NCBI GenBank assembly: GCA_035408245.1
Contig: DAOOCG010000001.1
Coordinates: forward strand, 30,312 to 62,435
Length of the DNA: 32,124 nucleotides
Direction: 5' to 3'
Source of the DNA: Minisyncoccota bacterium
GTDB taxonomy: Bacteria > Patescibacteriota > Minisyncoccia > UBA6257 > JAGOQP01
The notes beneath the pieces are model-generated. The model did no database searches and had not been told where the DNA came from. It was given only the letters and a program-made list of their open reading frames with translations. Below, one piece after another: positions 1 to 8,574 of the stretch (positions are counted from its first letter, which is position 1; each line of letters starts with the position of its first letter). Made by a program: the position numbers and the translations under genes.

Positions 1-3
1 TTT

Positions 4-1761
4 ATGTCAGACGATATCAAAATAATAAAACCTTACACCGGACAAGATGAGGCGGAAGTAAAAAACCTCATTTCTCCAGCAGCAATTGAGGTTGATCAAA
101 ACTATATCAAAGTTGGCAATAAATTTGCCAAAACTATGTTTGTTTTTTCATATCCAAGATTTCTTTCTGGGGGGTGGTTTTCTCCTATTGTTAATTTGGC
201 GAAACTTTTTGACATCTCAATATTTATTCATCCGGTTGATACAGCAATAGCTTTAAGGAGTTTACGTAAAAAAGCTGCTCAAATAGAAGCAGAGATATCA
301 GAAAAACAAAACAAAGGATTTGTGCGTGATCCGATGCTTGAAACTGCTTTTACCGATATAGAATCCCTTAGAGATAATTTACAACAGGCAAAAGAGAGGC
401 TTTTTAATGCTGGAGTTTACATTACTTTTTATGCCGATTCTTTGGAAAAATTGAACGAGTTGGAAGAAATAATTACCAATATGTTGGAGAGCAAAATTAT
501 TTATGTTAAGCCTGCTACTTTCCAACAAATTGAGGGATATACATCAACTTTGCCTTTATGTGAAGATAAGTTGGGTATTAATACTCCACTTAATTCCGGT
601 CCGATTTCATCTTTCTTCCCGTTTGTATCTATGGATCTTACTTCGGATAATGGGATCTTGTATGGTATCAATCAACACAATAGCACGTTGGTTATTTTTG
701 ATCGTTTTTCTTTGGAGAATGCTCATCAAGTTGTATTCGCTAAATCCGGTTCGGGTAAATCATACGCGACTAAACTTGAGATTCTAAGAACTCTAATGAT
801 GGGAACGGAGGTTATAGTCATAGATCCTGAAGCGGAATATAAAAATTTATGTGACACTGTGGGAGGGACATATTTTAAAGTTTCTCTTACTTCCGATCAG
901 CACATAAATCCTTTTGATATTCCAGTTGTTCCCCAAGGTGAAGATCCGATTGATGTTTTTAAATCTCATATTCTTACTTTAACCGGACTATTGAGGTTGA
1001 TGCTTGGAGAGTTATCCGTTGAAGAGGATGGATTATTGGACAGAGCCTTAACCGAAACCTATGCTTCTCGCGATATTACTCCCGAAAATCCAAACTTTCT
1101 TAAATTAGAACCCCCTACTCTTTCTGATTTGGAGACAGTTTTGAGAAATATGGAAGGAGGCAGAACTTTAGCTGAACGACTTTATAAATATACTCAAGGA
1201 AGTTATTCCGGTTTTGTTAATCAAAAAACAAATATTGATGTTGCCAACAGATTGGTTGTTTTTTCTATCCGTGATTTAGAAGAAGAACTGCGCCCGATTG
1301 CTATGTATGTAATTCTTAACTTTATTTGGAATATAGTTAAATCTCAGCTTAAACGCCGAATCTTGGTTATTGATGAAGCTTGGGTGATTATGAAATATCA
1401 AGAAGGGGCTGCTTTCTTGTTTGGTTTGGCAAAAAGGGGAAGAAAATATTATCTCGGTATAACTACTATTACTCAAGAAGTGGATGATTTCTTAAACTCT
1501 CCGTATGGAAAACCAATCGTGTCCAACTCTTCTTTGCAGCTCTTACTAAAACAATCACCAACTAGCATAGAAACCATAGCCAAAGCTTTTAATCTGACCG
1601 AAGCCGAAAAAAATCTTCTTTTGGAAGCGGGTATCGGACAAGGACTTTTCTTTGCTGGATTAAAACATGTGGCTATCCAAGTTGTCGCTTCATATTTTGA
1701 AGATAAAATAGTGACGACTAAACCCCAACAATTATTGGAAGAAAACGGTCCGTTGGTTTAA
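4..1761 (+). CDS. VirB4/TraC/TrbE-family type IV secretion ATPase (possibly 5'-partial)
   Basis: 585-aa ORF. Walker A VFAKSGSGKSYATK, Walker B RRILVIDEAW, then a GITTITQ motif. The N-terminal region (FVFSYPRFLSGGW) resembles VirB4-like N-domains. The frame is open to base 1, so the true start may lie upstream of the window. Confidence 0.8.
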   Translation: MSDDIKIIKPYTGQDEAEVKNLISPAAIEVDQNYIKVGNKFAKTMFVFSYPRFLSGGWFSPIVNLAKLFDISIFIHPVDTAIALRSLRKKAAQIEAEISEKQNKGFVRDPMLETAFTDIESLRDNLQQAKERLFNAGVYITFYADSLEKLNELEEIITNMLESKIIYVKPATFQQIEGYTSTLPLCEDKLGINTPLNSGPISSFFPFVSMDLTSDNGILYGINQHNSTLVIFDRFSLENAHQVVFAKSGSGKSYATKLEILRTLMMGTEVIVIDPEAEYKNLCDTVGGTYFKVSLTSDQHINPFDIPVVPQGEDPIDVFKSHILTLTGLLRLMLGELSVEEDGLLDRALTETYASRDITPENPNFLKLEPPTLSDLETVLRNMEGGRTLAERLYKYTQGSYSGFVNQKTNIDVANRLVVFSIRDLEEELRPIAMYVILNFIWNIVKSQLKRRILVIDEAWVIMKYQEGAAFLFGLAKRGRKYYLGITTITQEVDDFLNSPYGKPIVSNSSLQLLLKQSPTSIETIAKAFNLTEAEKNLLLEAGIGQGLFFAGLKHVAIQVVASYFEDKIVTTKPQQLLEENGPLV

Positions 1762-1783
1762 TTTCTAAAAATACTAACGCCAA

Positions 1784-2566
1784 ATGGATGAAAACAAAGG
1801 CGAGGAAAAACTTGAATTAACTGATTTTTTTGATCCACTGGTTATGTGGACTCTTGGCATCGCTGTGGTAGGCGATGTTTTGTTTATAGTGTTTCCTCTT
1901 AAATATATAATGGCCATTATTGTTGGATTTATGTTGTATGGCCGGACAAGGGGTTTTATAACAAAATTAATTTTCATAATAGGACTTATAAATCCACTCC
2001 CATTATTAACAGTCAGTACTGTTGTGGCGATACTTCTTTCTAACGCCGTGATACGCTTTATTGCCGTTCAAATAGGTATTGTAGCTTTAGCGGCGGCAAC
2101 TGGGGGCGTCGGTTTAGCTGCTGAAGGAGCTGTTGTTGGAGCGGAAGCCGGTGCAGCTGGAGCAGAAGTGGCTGCCGGGGCTGCTACAGCCGGTGCTGCC
2201 GCTGGAGCGACTGAAACCGCTGCTATAGAAGTTTCTGGTGCGGCTGCTCGGGCTGTTGGGGAAGGGGCTAGCACTGCTGCTCGTGGGGCAGAGGTTGCCC
2301 CGGGACCGTTTGCTAGACCACCTGAAATGGCAGGACCCCAGGCTCAAATGGAGAAACAAATCAAAAAACCTTCCTTAAAAGAAAGACTCAAAAAGAAAGG
2401 TGTTGAAAAATTAGAAGAAAAATTAGAGGAGGATAAAGAAGAAGCTAGAAGAGAAATTGAGGATGATGGGGGTCGTGTTGTGGATCTTAGAGATCAATCT
2501 ATTCCTAAAGAAATAATTGATAATAATGACGATGATTCTAATGAAGATTTAGAGAATGTCGCGTAA
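1784..2566 (+). CDS. Membrane protein: about 3 N-terminal TM helices, an Ala/Gly-rich disordered tract, a K/E-rich helical segment and an acidic tail; function unknown
   Basis: 260-aa ORF starting 22 nt after the ATPase stop. Hydrophobic segments in residues ~20-105. Residues 101-188 are Ala/Gly low complexity. EKLEEKLEEDKEEARRE segment. C-terminal DNNDDDSNEDLEN. Confidence 0.65.
   Translation: MDENKGEEKLELTDFFDPLVMWTLGIAVVGDVLFIVFPLKYIMAIIVGFMLYGRTRGFITKLIFIIGLINPLPLLTVSTVVAILLSNAVIRFIAVQIGIVALAAATGGVGLAAEGAVVGAEAGAAGAEVAAGAATAGAAAGATETAAIEVSGAAARAVGEGASTAARGAEVAPGPFARPPEMAGPQAQMEKQIKKPSLKERLKKKGVEKLEEKLEEDKEEARREIEDDGGRVVDLRDQSIPKEIIDNNDDDSNEDLENVA
2084..2347 (+). repeat. GC-rich Ala/Gly low-complexity coding tract (GCN/GGN codon runs)
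   Basis: Hand count: 31 Ala and 14 Gly in residues 101-170. Locally far more G+C-rich than the flanking DNA. It generates spurious antisense ORFs at 2068..2274 and 2114..2359. Confidence 0.8.
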
Positions 2567-2611
2567 CTTTTTAAGTTTTTCTGATTTTCTTTGTGTGGTA
2601 TACTAAAAAGG

Positions 2612-3334
2612 ATGTTGGGTAAAGTTTTTAATTTTGTTGTTTTTAGCGTTTTGGCTTTTATCGCCAGTTTTGTGTTTTTTTCAAAGCCAGTTTTGGCTGC
2701 TGATCCGACATTTTTAGTATCTTGGAAAGCAAATTCTTATGTTCCGGCTAATTTTTTAGGAAAGGCATTTCCTATTAAGGGGTCAACCATTGTCGCATCT
2801 TTTGAATTAATCGGAGCGAGTAACTCCGATAGAGGAAAAATAATTGACTTAAAAAATAACGAGGTCAGATGGTATATTAACAATAAATTTTTTTCAAAGG
2901 AGAATAATTTAAAAACAATATCTTTTGTTACTGATGATGAAAATTTTAGCGAAACAAAGATAAAAATATCGGTAGAATATACCGATCCTGACACTAAAGA
3001 AACTATATTTGTAAATAAATTTATTTCCATACCACTTGAAGCCCCCAATATAGTCATCACTTCTCAGGATCCGATCGGTGGTTTATTAAGTGGAGTCAAG
3101 AAATTCTTTAATGCCACTCCTTTCTTTTTTTCTACGACTCCAGATAAATTGAAAATTCAATGGAGTGTTGAGGGTAAGGATATAAATTATGACTCGGTTA
3201 ATCCATGGATATTGGAATTGATGTCGGATAACAAAATTCCCTCAGGAAGCGATGTTCATATAGGAGCAACGGTAAAAGATTTTATTAAAGATGATATTTT
3301 AGCTCAAAAAAACATAATAGTTAAAACTAAATAG
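2612..3334 (+). CDS. Secreted beta-rich protein of unknown function (signal peptide)
   Basis: The track ORF starts at a TTG (2591). The ATG at 2612 gives a classical signal peptide, MLGKVFNFVVFSVLAFIASFVFFSKPVLA/AD. No recognisable catalytic motif. Confidence 0.6.
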   Translation: MLGKVFNFVVFSVLAFIASFVFFSKPVLAADPTFLVSWKANSYVPANFLGKAFPIKGSTIVASFELIGASNSDRGKIIDLKNNEVRWYINNKFFSKENNLKTISFVTDDENFSETKIKISVEYTDPDTKETIFVNKFISIPLEAPNIVITSQDPIGGLLSGVKKFFNATPFFFSTTPDKLKIQWSVEGKDINYDSVNPWILELMSDNKIPSGSDVHIGATVKDFIKDDILAQKNIIVKTK

Positions 3335-3338
3335 TAGA

Positions 3339-4196
3339 ATGAAAAAATTTGGTTTAATAATTAGCATTTTGTTGTTGGTCATCGCTATTTTGTGTATCTC
3401 AAATAGCGCATTTGCGGCTACAACTACCGTGACTCTTGATGAGGTTACCAGCGCTGCCAGTCCGGCTGATTTTGTTGCAAAACTTTATCAATATGCTCTT
3501 GGTATTGCCGGAACTTTGGCGGTTATTATGATAGTCTATGGCGGAATTTTGTATATCATAAGTGCTGGAAATACATCCAAACAAAATGAAGCGAGGGACA
3601 TTATCACAAGTTCAATTTGGGGAATAGTTCTTTTGGCTGGAGCCTATTTAATATTAAGCACTATCAATCCCGAAATTGTAAATCTTAAAAATCCGGTTGT
3701 TAGTTCGCCTCCAACTTCATCTGGTGGGGGAATAACTCCAAGCGGGACAAATCCTCCCATAACAGGAGGATTAGAAGATCAACAAGCTCGCTCGGCTATT
3801 GAGGGAGCGGGAATATCCGTTAAACGTCAATGTGCGGCCGGTGAGATAGAAACAGAGAATCCTTGTGTCAGTCTTGGGGGTATAAAAGAGACAACTGTTG
3901 ACGAAATTATAGGATTAAACCAGCAATGTGATTCGCAACAGGGAGGAAATTGCGATATTTCTGTCACTGCTGGTACTGGTAAGGGACATAAAGAATCTGG
4001 TCTTTATAGCCATAAAAACGGATATAAGTTTGACTTGTCATACACATCAGGAGATCGTTTAGAAAATTATATAAAATCCAATTTTACTCCAATATCAGAT
4101 TCAAGTAGCGGATACAAGAGATGGAAAAGTCCTTCTGGATCGGTATATATGTTGGAGGGTAACCATTGGGACGTTACTGTAATTCCACCAAAATAA
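3339..4196 (+). CDS. T4SS pilin-like protein (VirB2/TrbC-like, CPR pilin style) fused by a Pro/Ser/Gly linker to a 4-Cys C-terminal domain with M15/LAS-peptidase-like motifs
   Basis: Signal peptide ending SAFA/ATT. Two hydrophobic helices (GIAGTLAVIMIVYGGILYII and IWGIVLLAGAYLILSTI) flank a short polar loop, SAGNTSKQNEARD, which is the VirB2/TrbC pilin architecture. Linker SSPPTSSGGGITPSGTNPPITGG. C-terminal domain has SHKNGYKFD (H225-x6-D232) and NHWD (H276). Confidence 0.7.
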   Translation: MKKFGLIISILLLVIAILCISNSAFAATTTVTLDEVTSAASPADFVAKLYQYALGIAGTLAVIMIVYGGILYIISAGNTSKQNEARDIITSSIWGIVLLAGAYLILSTINPEIVNLKNPVVSSPPTSSGGGITPSGTNPPITGGLEDQQARSAIEGAGISVKRQCAAGEIETENPCVSLGGIKETTVDEIIGLNQQCDSQQGGNCDISVTAGTGKGHKESGLYSHKNGYKFDLSYTSGDRLENYIKSNFTPISDSSSGYKRWKSPSGSVYMLEGNHWDVTVIPPK

Positions 4197-4202
4197 TATT
4201 TT

Positions 4203-5402
4203 ATGAAAAAAGTTGTCATAATATTGGTTATTATTTTAATAATTGCCGCAATTGGAATCGGGGTTTATTTTGGTCTTCAGAAATCAAATACGTCGGGAAA
4301 TAATTTAAATAACCAAATTTCGGGAGGAAATTTACCAATCGGATCTACTGGTAATTCCAGTACCACAGGGGTATCGGGGGGAAATACGAATACTGGAAAT
4401 TTGGGAAATATGTCAGATGAGGAAAAATATCTTGAAAATCAGAAAAATAAATTATCAATATTTTCAACCCAACCGATTATCGGATATTGGGTGGTGGCAA
4501 GTTCTTCAACCTCCACTCCGTCAAGAATTTTAGCGGTAACGTTAAAAGGGGAAGTGGTTGAGATTAAGGATGGAAAAGAGGAAATTTTAATTTCTTCAAA
4601 TTATGGAGTTCCTTTAAAACTGGTTTCCAATAAAGACGGGTCTAAGGCGGTAGTAAGCTTTGCTAATAATTCTTATGCTCTTTTTGATGTGAGCACAAAA
4701 GCATGGCAAGAACTTGATAAGGGAATTGTTGCTATTGCTTTTGCTCCAACCGGATCCCAATTGATATATGTTAAATCCAGCGATAACACATCGTCTTTTT
4801 ATATAAAAGATTTCGGATCAACAAAAAAAACAGTTACTTTGGTGGCGTCATTAGCAATTCAAGATTTTAATATTACTTGGCCGGATGCCAATAAAATATT
4901 CATCATTCCCAAACCATCTTACGGGTTTATGGCGCAGGCTTGGTATTTTGATTTAAAACAAAAAACTTTAAATCAGTTTGCTATGGGTCAGGGGTTGGGA
5001 ATGGTATTCTCGCCATCTTTTGATTTTGGTCTAAAATTTTCCAACAAGGATCGCAGTAATTTTAATGTTTCAATAATAAATAAAACGGGAGAAGTTTTAG
5101 CCGATATGCCGTTTTCAACCCTGTCGTTTAAATGCTCTTTTGAATACGAAAAGAAGTTGGCTTTTTGTGCAATTCCAGAATCTTATACTCAAAACAATCC
5201 ATTACTTCCCGATGAATATCTTAAGGGTGCGGTAATGAGTCTTGATAGTATTTATAAAATTGATCTTGATTCTTCCGAAATTACCGAGGTGATTAATTCA
5301 AATGTAACCTCTATAGATTTTAGTGATATTAAGGCAATGGGAGGATATCTTTATTTTATAAATAAATATGACGGGCTTTTGTATAGATTTAAATTGGATT
5401 AA
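4203..5402 (+). CDS. N-terminally membrane-anchored protein with a Gly/Asn/Ser/Thr linker and a beta-propeller-like (TolB/PD40-like) ectodomain; function unknown
   Basis: 399-aa ORF. TM anchor VVIILVIILIIAAIGIGVYFGL. Low-complexity residues ~30-70. Repeated short beta-strand patterns such as SNKDGSKAVVSF and FAPTGSQLIYV. Confidence 0.6.
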   Translation: MKKVVIILVIILIIAAIGIGVYFGLQKSNTSGNNLNNQISGGNLPIGSTGNSSTTGVSGGNTNTGNLGNMSDEEKYLENQKNKLSIFSTQPIIGYWVVASSSTSTPSRILAVTLKGEVVEIKDGKEEILISSNYGVPLKLVSNKDGSKAVVSFANNSYALFDVSTKAWQELDKGIVAIAFAPTGSQLIYVKSSDNTSSFYIKDFGSTKKTVTLVASLAIQDFNITWPDANKIFIIPKPSYGFMAQAWYFDLKQKTLNQFAMGQGLGMVFSPSFDFGLKFSNKDRSNFNVSIINKTGEVLADMPFSTLSFKCSFEYEKKLAFCAIPESYTQNNPLLPDEYLKGAVMSLDSIYKIDLDSSEITEVINSNVTSIDFSDIKAMGGYLYFINKYDGLLYRFKLD

Positions 5403-5404
5403 TT

Positions 5405-6730
5405 ATGCCGGATCAACCACAAAAATCAGGGGGATATATGGCTCAGCCTGAATTCAGGCCGGTTTTTTATATCACACCTCTTTTATTGGCTATAGTTGCC
5501 ATCTCATTTATTTATATGCCTCCTGTTTGGGCTGTGGTGAGTGCGGGAACGTCCGTGTTGGCGATAGGACTTCTGGGGGCTCTTAGTTTTAAAATTGCCA
5601 AAGCAAATACAACCTCAAAAATTCAGACTCAGCAAATGCACAGCGTCATCACCCATCTTAATATAGGAGTGGTAGCTTATGACAATGATTTTAATGTTCT
5701 TATTTTTAATCCGGCCGCCCAAGAAATATTTCAACTTTCCGAGCGTGATGTTTTGGGTTTAAAATTATCAACTTCCATGGCGAGTGATGTTAAATATATG
5801 GTTTTGGCCCAGGTCATATTTTCTTCACTGGCTCCGACTGTTATAAAAAGATCTGATCCGGGAGTATATCCTCAAGTTATTGATGTGTCTTTTGATGAAC
5901 CTCGTTTGGATCTTAGAGTGATAACCGATAGAATTTTTGATGAACAAGGTAAAATAATCGGATTTATAAAATTAATAACCAACAGAACCAGAGAAACGGA
6001 ACTTCTTAAGTCCAAAACTGAATTTATCACTGTGGCGGCTCATCAATTAAGAACTCCTCTGACAGCGGTTAACTGGGCTCTTGAGAGTCTTGAAAACAGT
6101 CAGTTGCAACCCCAGCAAAAAGAATTAGTAGACACTGGATTTTTGTCAGCCAAAAAAATGCTTAAAACAGTAAATGATCTTTTAGATGTTTCAAAAATAG
6201 AAGAAGGAAGATTTGGTTATCAATTTGAAGAAGTTAATATAGTCTCTTTTATAGAGTCAATTCTTTCCCAATCTATGGATGTTGCCAAACAATATGGCAT
6301 AAAGCTCTACTTTTCTCGACCCGAGAGCCAGATGATTAATGTTTATATTGATCAGCAGAAGATGAGTATGGTTCTCTTTAATCTTATTGATAACGCCATA
6401 AAATATAATGTTGAAAATGGAGAAGTAACCGTTTCAATAGAGCCTTTGCCGGGTGAATCTTTTGTTAGAATTTCAATTAAGGATACCGGAATAGGAATAC
6501 CGTCAAATCAGATTGAAAAACTATTTACAAAATTCTTTAGAGCGGATAATGTCGTTAAATTTGCCCCCGATGGAACGGGAATGGGGCTCTATATAGTAAA
6601 AAATGTAATTACTCGGCATGGGGGACGTGTTTGGGCCGAATCGGAATTAAATCGAGGCACTACTTTTTATTTCACCATTCCCACAAATCGAGATGTTATT
6701 CCTAAAAAGGAATTGATTGAGTTTGAATAA
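5405..6730 (+). CDS. Sensor histidine kinase (two closely spaced TM helices, PAS-like domain, HisKA, HATPase_c)
   Basis: H-box TVAAHQLRTPLT, N-box NLIDNAIKYN, G1 KDTGIGI, G2 GTGMGL. ATG lies 2 nt after the preceding stop. No response regulator anywhere in the window. Confidence 0.85.
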   Translation: MPDQPQKSGGYMAQPEFRPVFYITPLLLAIVAISFIYMPPVWAVVSAGTSVLAIGLLGALSFKIAKANTTSKIQTQQMHSVITHLNIGVVAYDNDFNVLIFNPAAQEIFQLSERDVLGLKLSTSMASDVKYMVLAQVIFSSLAPTVIKRSDPGVYPQVIDVSFDEPRLDLRVITDRIFDEQGKIIGFIKLITNRTRETELLKSKTEFITVAAHQLRTPLTAVNWALESLENSQLQPQQKELVDTGFLSAKKMLKTVNDLLDVSKIEEGRFGYQFEEVNIVSFIESILSQSMDVAKQYGIKLYFSRPESQMINVYIDQQKMSMVLFNLIDNAIKYNVENGEVTVSIEPLPGESFVRISIKDTGIGIPSNQIEKLFTKFFRADNVVKFAPDGTGMGLYIVKNVITRHGGRVWAESELNRGTTFYFTIPTNRDVIPKKELIEFE

Positions 6731-6831
6731 AATTTATATCTAATATCACACAAAAGATGGCTATTTGTGAAAAATTAGTCATTTTTTTATTATTGGACTA
6801 TACTAACCATTACTTATTAATCATTACTTTT

Positions 6832-7743
6832 ATGCCTGAGTTGCCAGAAGTACAAACAATCGTGAATGATTTAAAAGCAAGAGTTTGCGGACTCGTTATT
6901 GTTGATGTTTGGAGTGATACTCCGAAGATTTTTAAAAAACCCTCTTTTATTCGGTTTAAAAAGGATATACAAAATATGTCCATTGTTGATGTTCAACGAA
7001 GAGGAAAAAACATAATCTTTTATCTTCAAAACATCAAAAAATCTGAAAAGAAATTCAAAATAATGCTGGTTCATCAAAAAATGACCGGACACTTTCTAAT
7101 CGGCAAATGGGTTGTTAAGAAGATTTCCGGAAAAAGTATTTTGATTCCACACACTATCGGTCCGATTAAAGACGATAAATACAATTCCTACATAAGAGTG
7201 ATTTTTTATCTTAACAATGGAAATCAATTAGCTCTTTCTGATCTGCGCAAGTTTTCCAAGATAATATTAGGTGATCCTGATGAGATAGAGAATTCATCGG
7301 ATTTAAAAATGTTGGGTCCTGATGCTCTTTCAAATGAATTTAATGCAAAATATCTATCGCCGATATTAAAAAGAAAAAATATTCCCATTAAAACAGCCTT
7401 ATTAGATCAGCATATAGCGTCGGGAATTGGAAATATTTATGCCGATGAATCTTTATTTGTTTCAAAGATACATCCACTGATAAAAACACGAGAACTTTCG
7501 CAAAAAAACGTCATTCATTTGCTGGATTCTGTAAAAAAGGTGTTAAAAAAATCATTGCGTTTGAGAGGAACGTCTTCAAGTGATTACAGAGATACCTATG
7601 GATCTAAAGGAAAATACCATCAGCATCGTCTAGTCTATAACAGGGAGGGATTGCCTTGTTTAATTTGTAAGACGGCCATTAAAAGGATTAAAATTGGTCA
7701 ACGTTCTTCACATTTTTGTCCGCATTGCCAGAAATTTAAATAG
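6832..7743 (+). CDS. mutM: Formamidopyrimidine-DNA glycosylase (Fpg/MutM)
   Basis: Canonical N-terminus MPELPEV at the internal ATG 6832; the 25-aa upstream extension of the track ORF is unlikely. C-terminal zinc finger CLICKTAIKRIKIGQRSSHFCPHC. Confidence 0.85.
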   Translation: MPELPEVQTIVNDLKARVCGLVIVDVWSDTPKIFKKPSFIRFKKDIQNMSIVDVQRRGKNIIFYLQNIKKSEKKFKIMLVHQKMTGHFLIGKWVVKKISGKSILIPHTIGPIKDDKYNSYIRVIFYLNNGNQLALSDLRKFSKIILGDPDEIENSSDLKMLGPDALSNEFNAKYLSPILKRKNIPIKTALLDQHIASGIGNIYADESLFVSKIHPLIKTRELSQKNVIHLLDSVKKVLKKSLRLRGTSSSDYRDTYGSKGKYHQHRLVYNREGLPCLICKTAIKRIKIGQRSSHFCPHCQKFK

Positions 7744-7764
7744 ATTTATGTTATTTTGTATTAA

Positions 7765-8574
7765 ATGATATACGTTTTTTACGGACCGAATGCCTATCAA
7801 CGTTTCAAGAAATTGAGAGAGTTTTTAGCGGCAACGTCCGTTAAATATCCGGAAGCTTCAATTGAACATTTCTCGATTGATGAAGAGGGAGAAATCGGAC
7901 ATTTGTACGATTTTATTTCTCCTCAAAGTTTGTTTGAAAAATCTAAACGAATAGCGATTATTAACGGAAGTGACGGATTGTTTGATGACGATGTTTTAAG
8001 CCGAATAATCTCATTATCTCTCAATAATTCAGACAGTGTTTTGGTTTTTAATGAAAATTGGAAAAATGAAAAAATGCCATCACCGTTTTCTTCAACCGAT
8101 TTTATTAAAAATATTCATTCGTATTATTTTGGCAGTGTTTCGGACAGGGAAATGTTGGGAATATTAACTCAGGAGATAAAATTTAAAAAAATTGAGATAG
8201 AACCGCTGGCCCTCAATTATCTTTTTGAAGTCTTGGGTCGCGATCCATTTGCTGTTATAAATGAAGTCGATAAACTTTCTTTTTTAAAAAAACCAATTAC
8301 GCGTTCATTGGTTGGATCAATGGATGAATATTGGCAAGAAAGAGGTGTTTATGATTTTTCTCACATAGCGTTAAAAAGCGGATCATTAAAAGAAAAGCTT
8401 TTTCTTTGGGAACAATTATTACATCAAAAAACCGATGATTATATGATTCTCAATTATTTAGCCAAATCAGCCGGCACTTTAGATGTGGTTCGAAAACTTT
8501 GCGATGTTGATTTGAATATCAAAAAAGGGCTTTCTGAGCCCTCTTTGGAAATATTGAATTTATTACTTTCTTAA
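7765..8574 (+). CDS. holA: DNA polymerase III delta subunit-like protein (short HolA)
   Basis: N-terminus MIYVFYGPNAYQ is typical of delta subunits. Sits convergent with rpsT, a widely conserved holA-rpsT neighbourhood. At 269 aa it is shorter than typical HolA. Confidence 0.5.
   Translation: MIYVFYGPNAYQRFKKLREFLAATSVKYPEASIEHFSIDEEGEIGHLYDFISPQSLFEKSKRIAIINGSDGLFDDDVLSRIISLSLNNSDSVLVFNENWKNEKMPSPFSSTDFIKNIHSYYFGSVSDREMLGILTQEIKFKKIEIEPLALNYLFEVLGRDPFAVINEVDKLSFLKKPITRSLVGSMDEYWQERGVYDFSHIALKSGSLKEKLFLWEQLLHQKTDDYMILNYLAKSAGTLDVVRKLCDVDLNIKKGLSEPSLEILNLLLS

Noticed and set aside
2068-2359. Antisense ORFs (68 and 81 aa) opposite the Ala/Gly tract
   Set aside because: They are an artefact of GC-rich, stop-poor low-complexity sequence. 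Their products are themselves low complexity (PAAAPA...), they have no start context, and they lie fully inside a better-supported plus-strand gene.
6757-6831. 25-codon N-terminal extension of the fpg ORF (MAICEKLVIFLLLDY...)
   Set aside because: Fpg requires the processed N-terminal Pro of MPELPEV as its catalytic residue. The internal ATG at 6832 gives exactly that canonical N-terminus.
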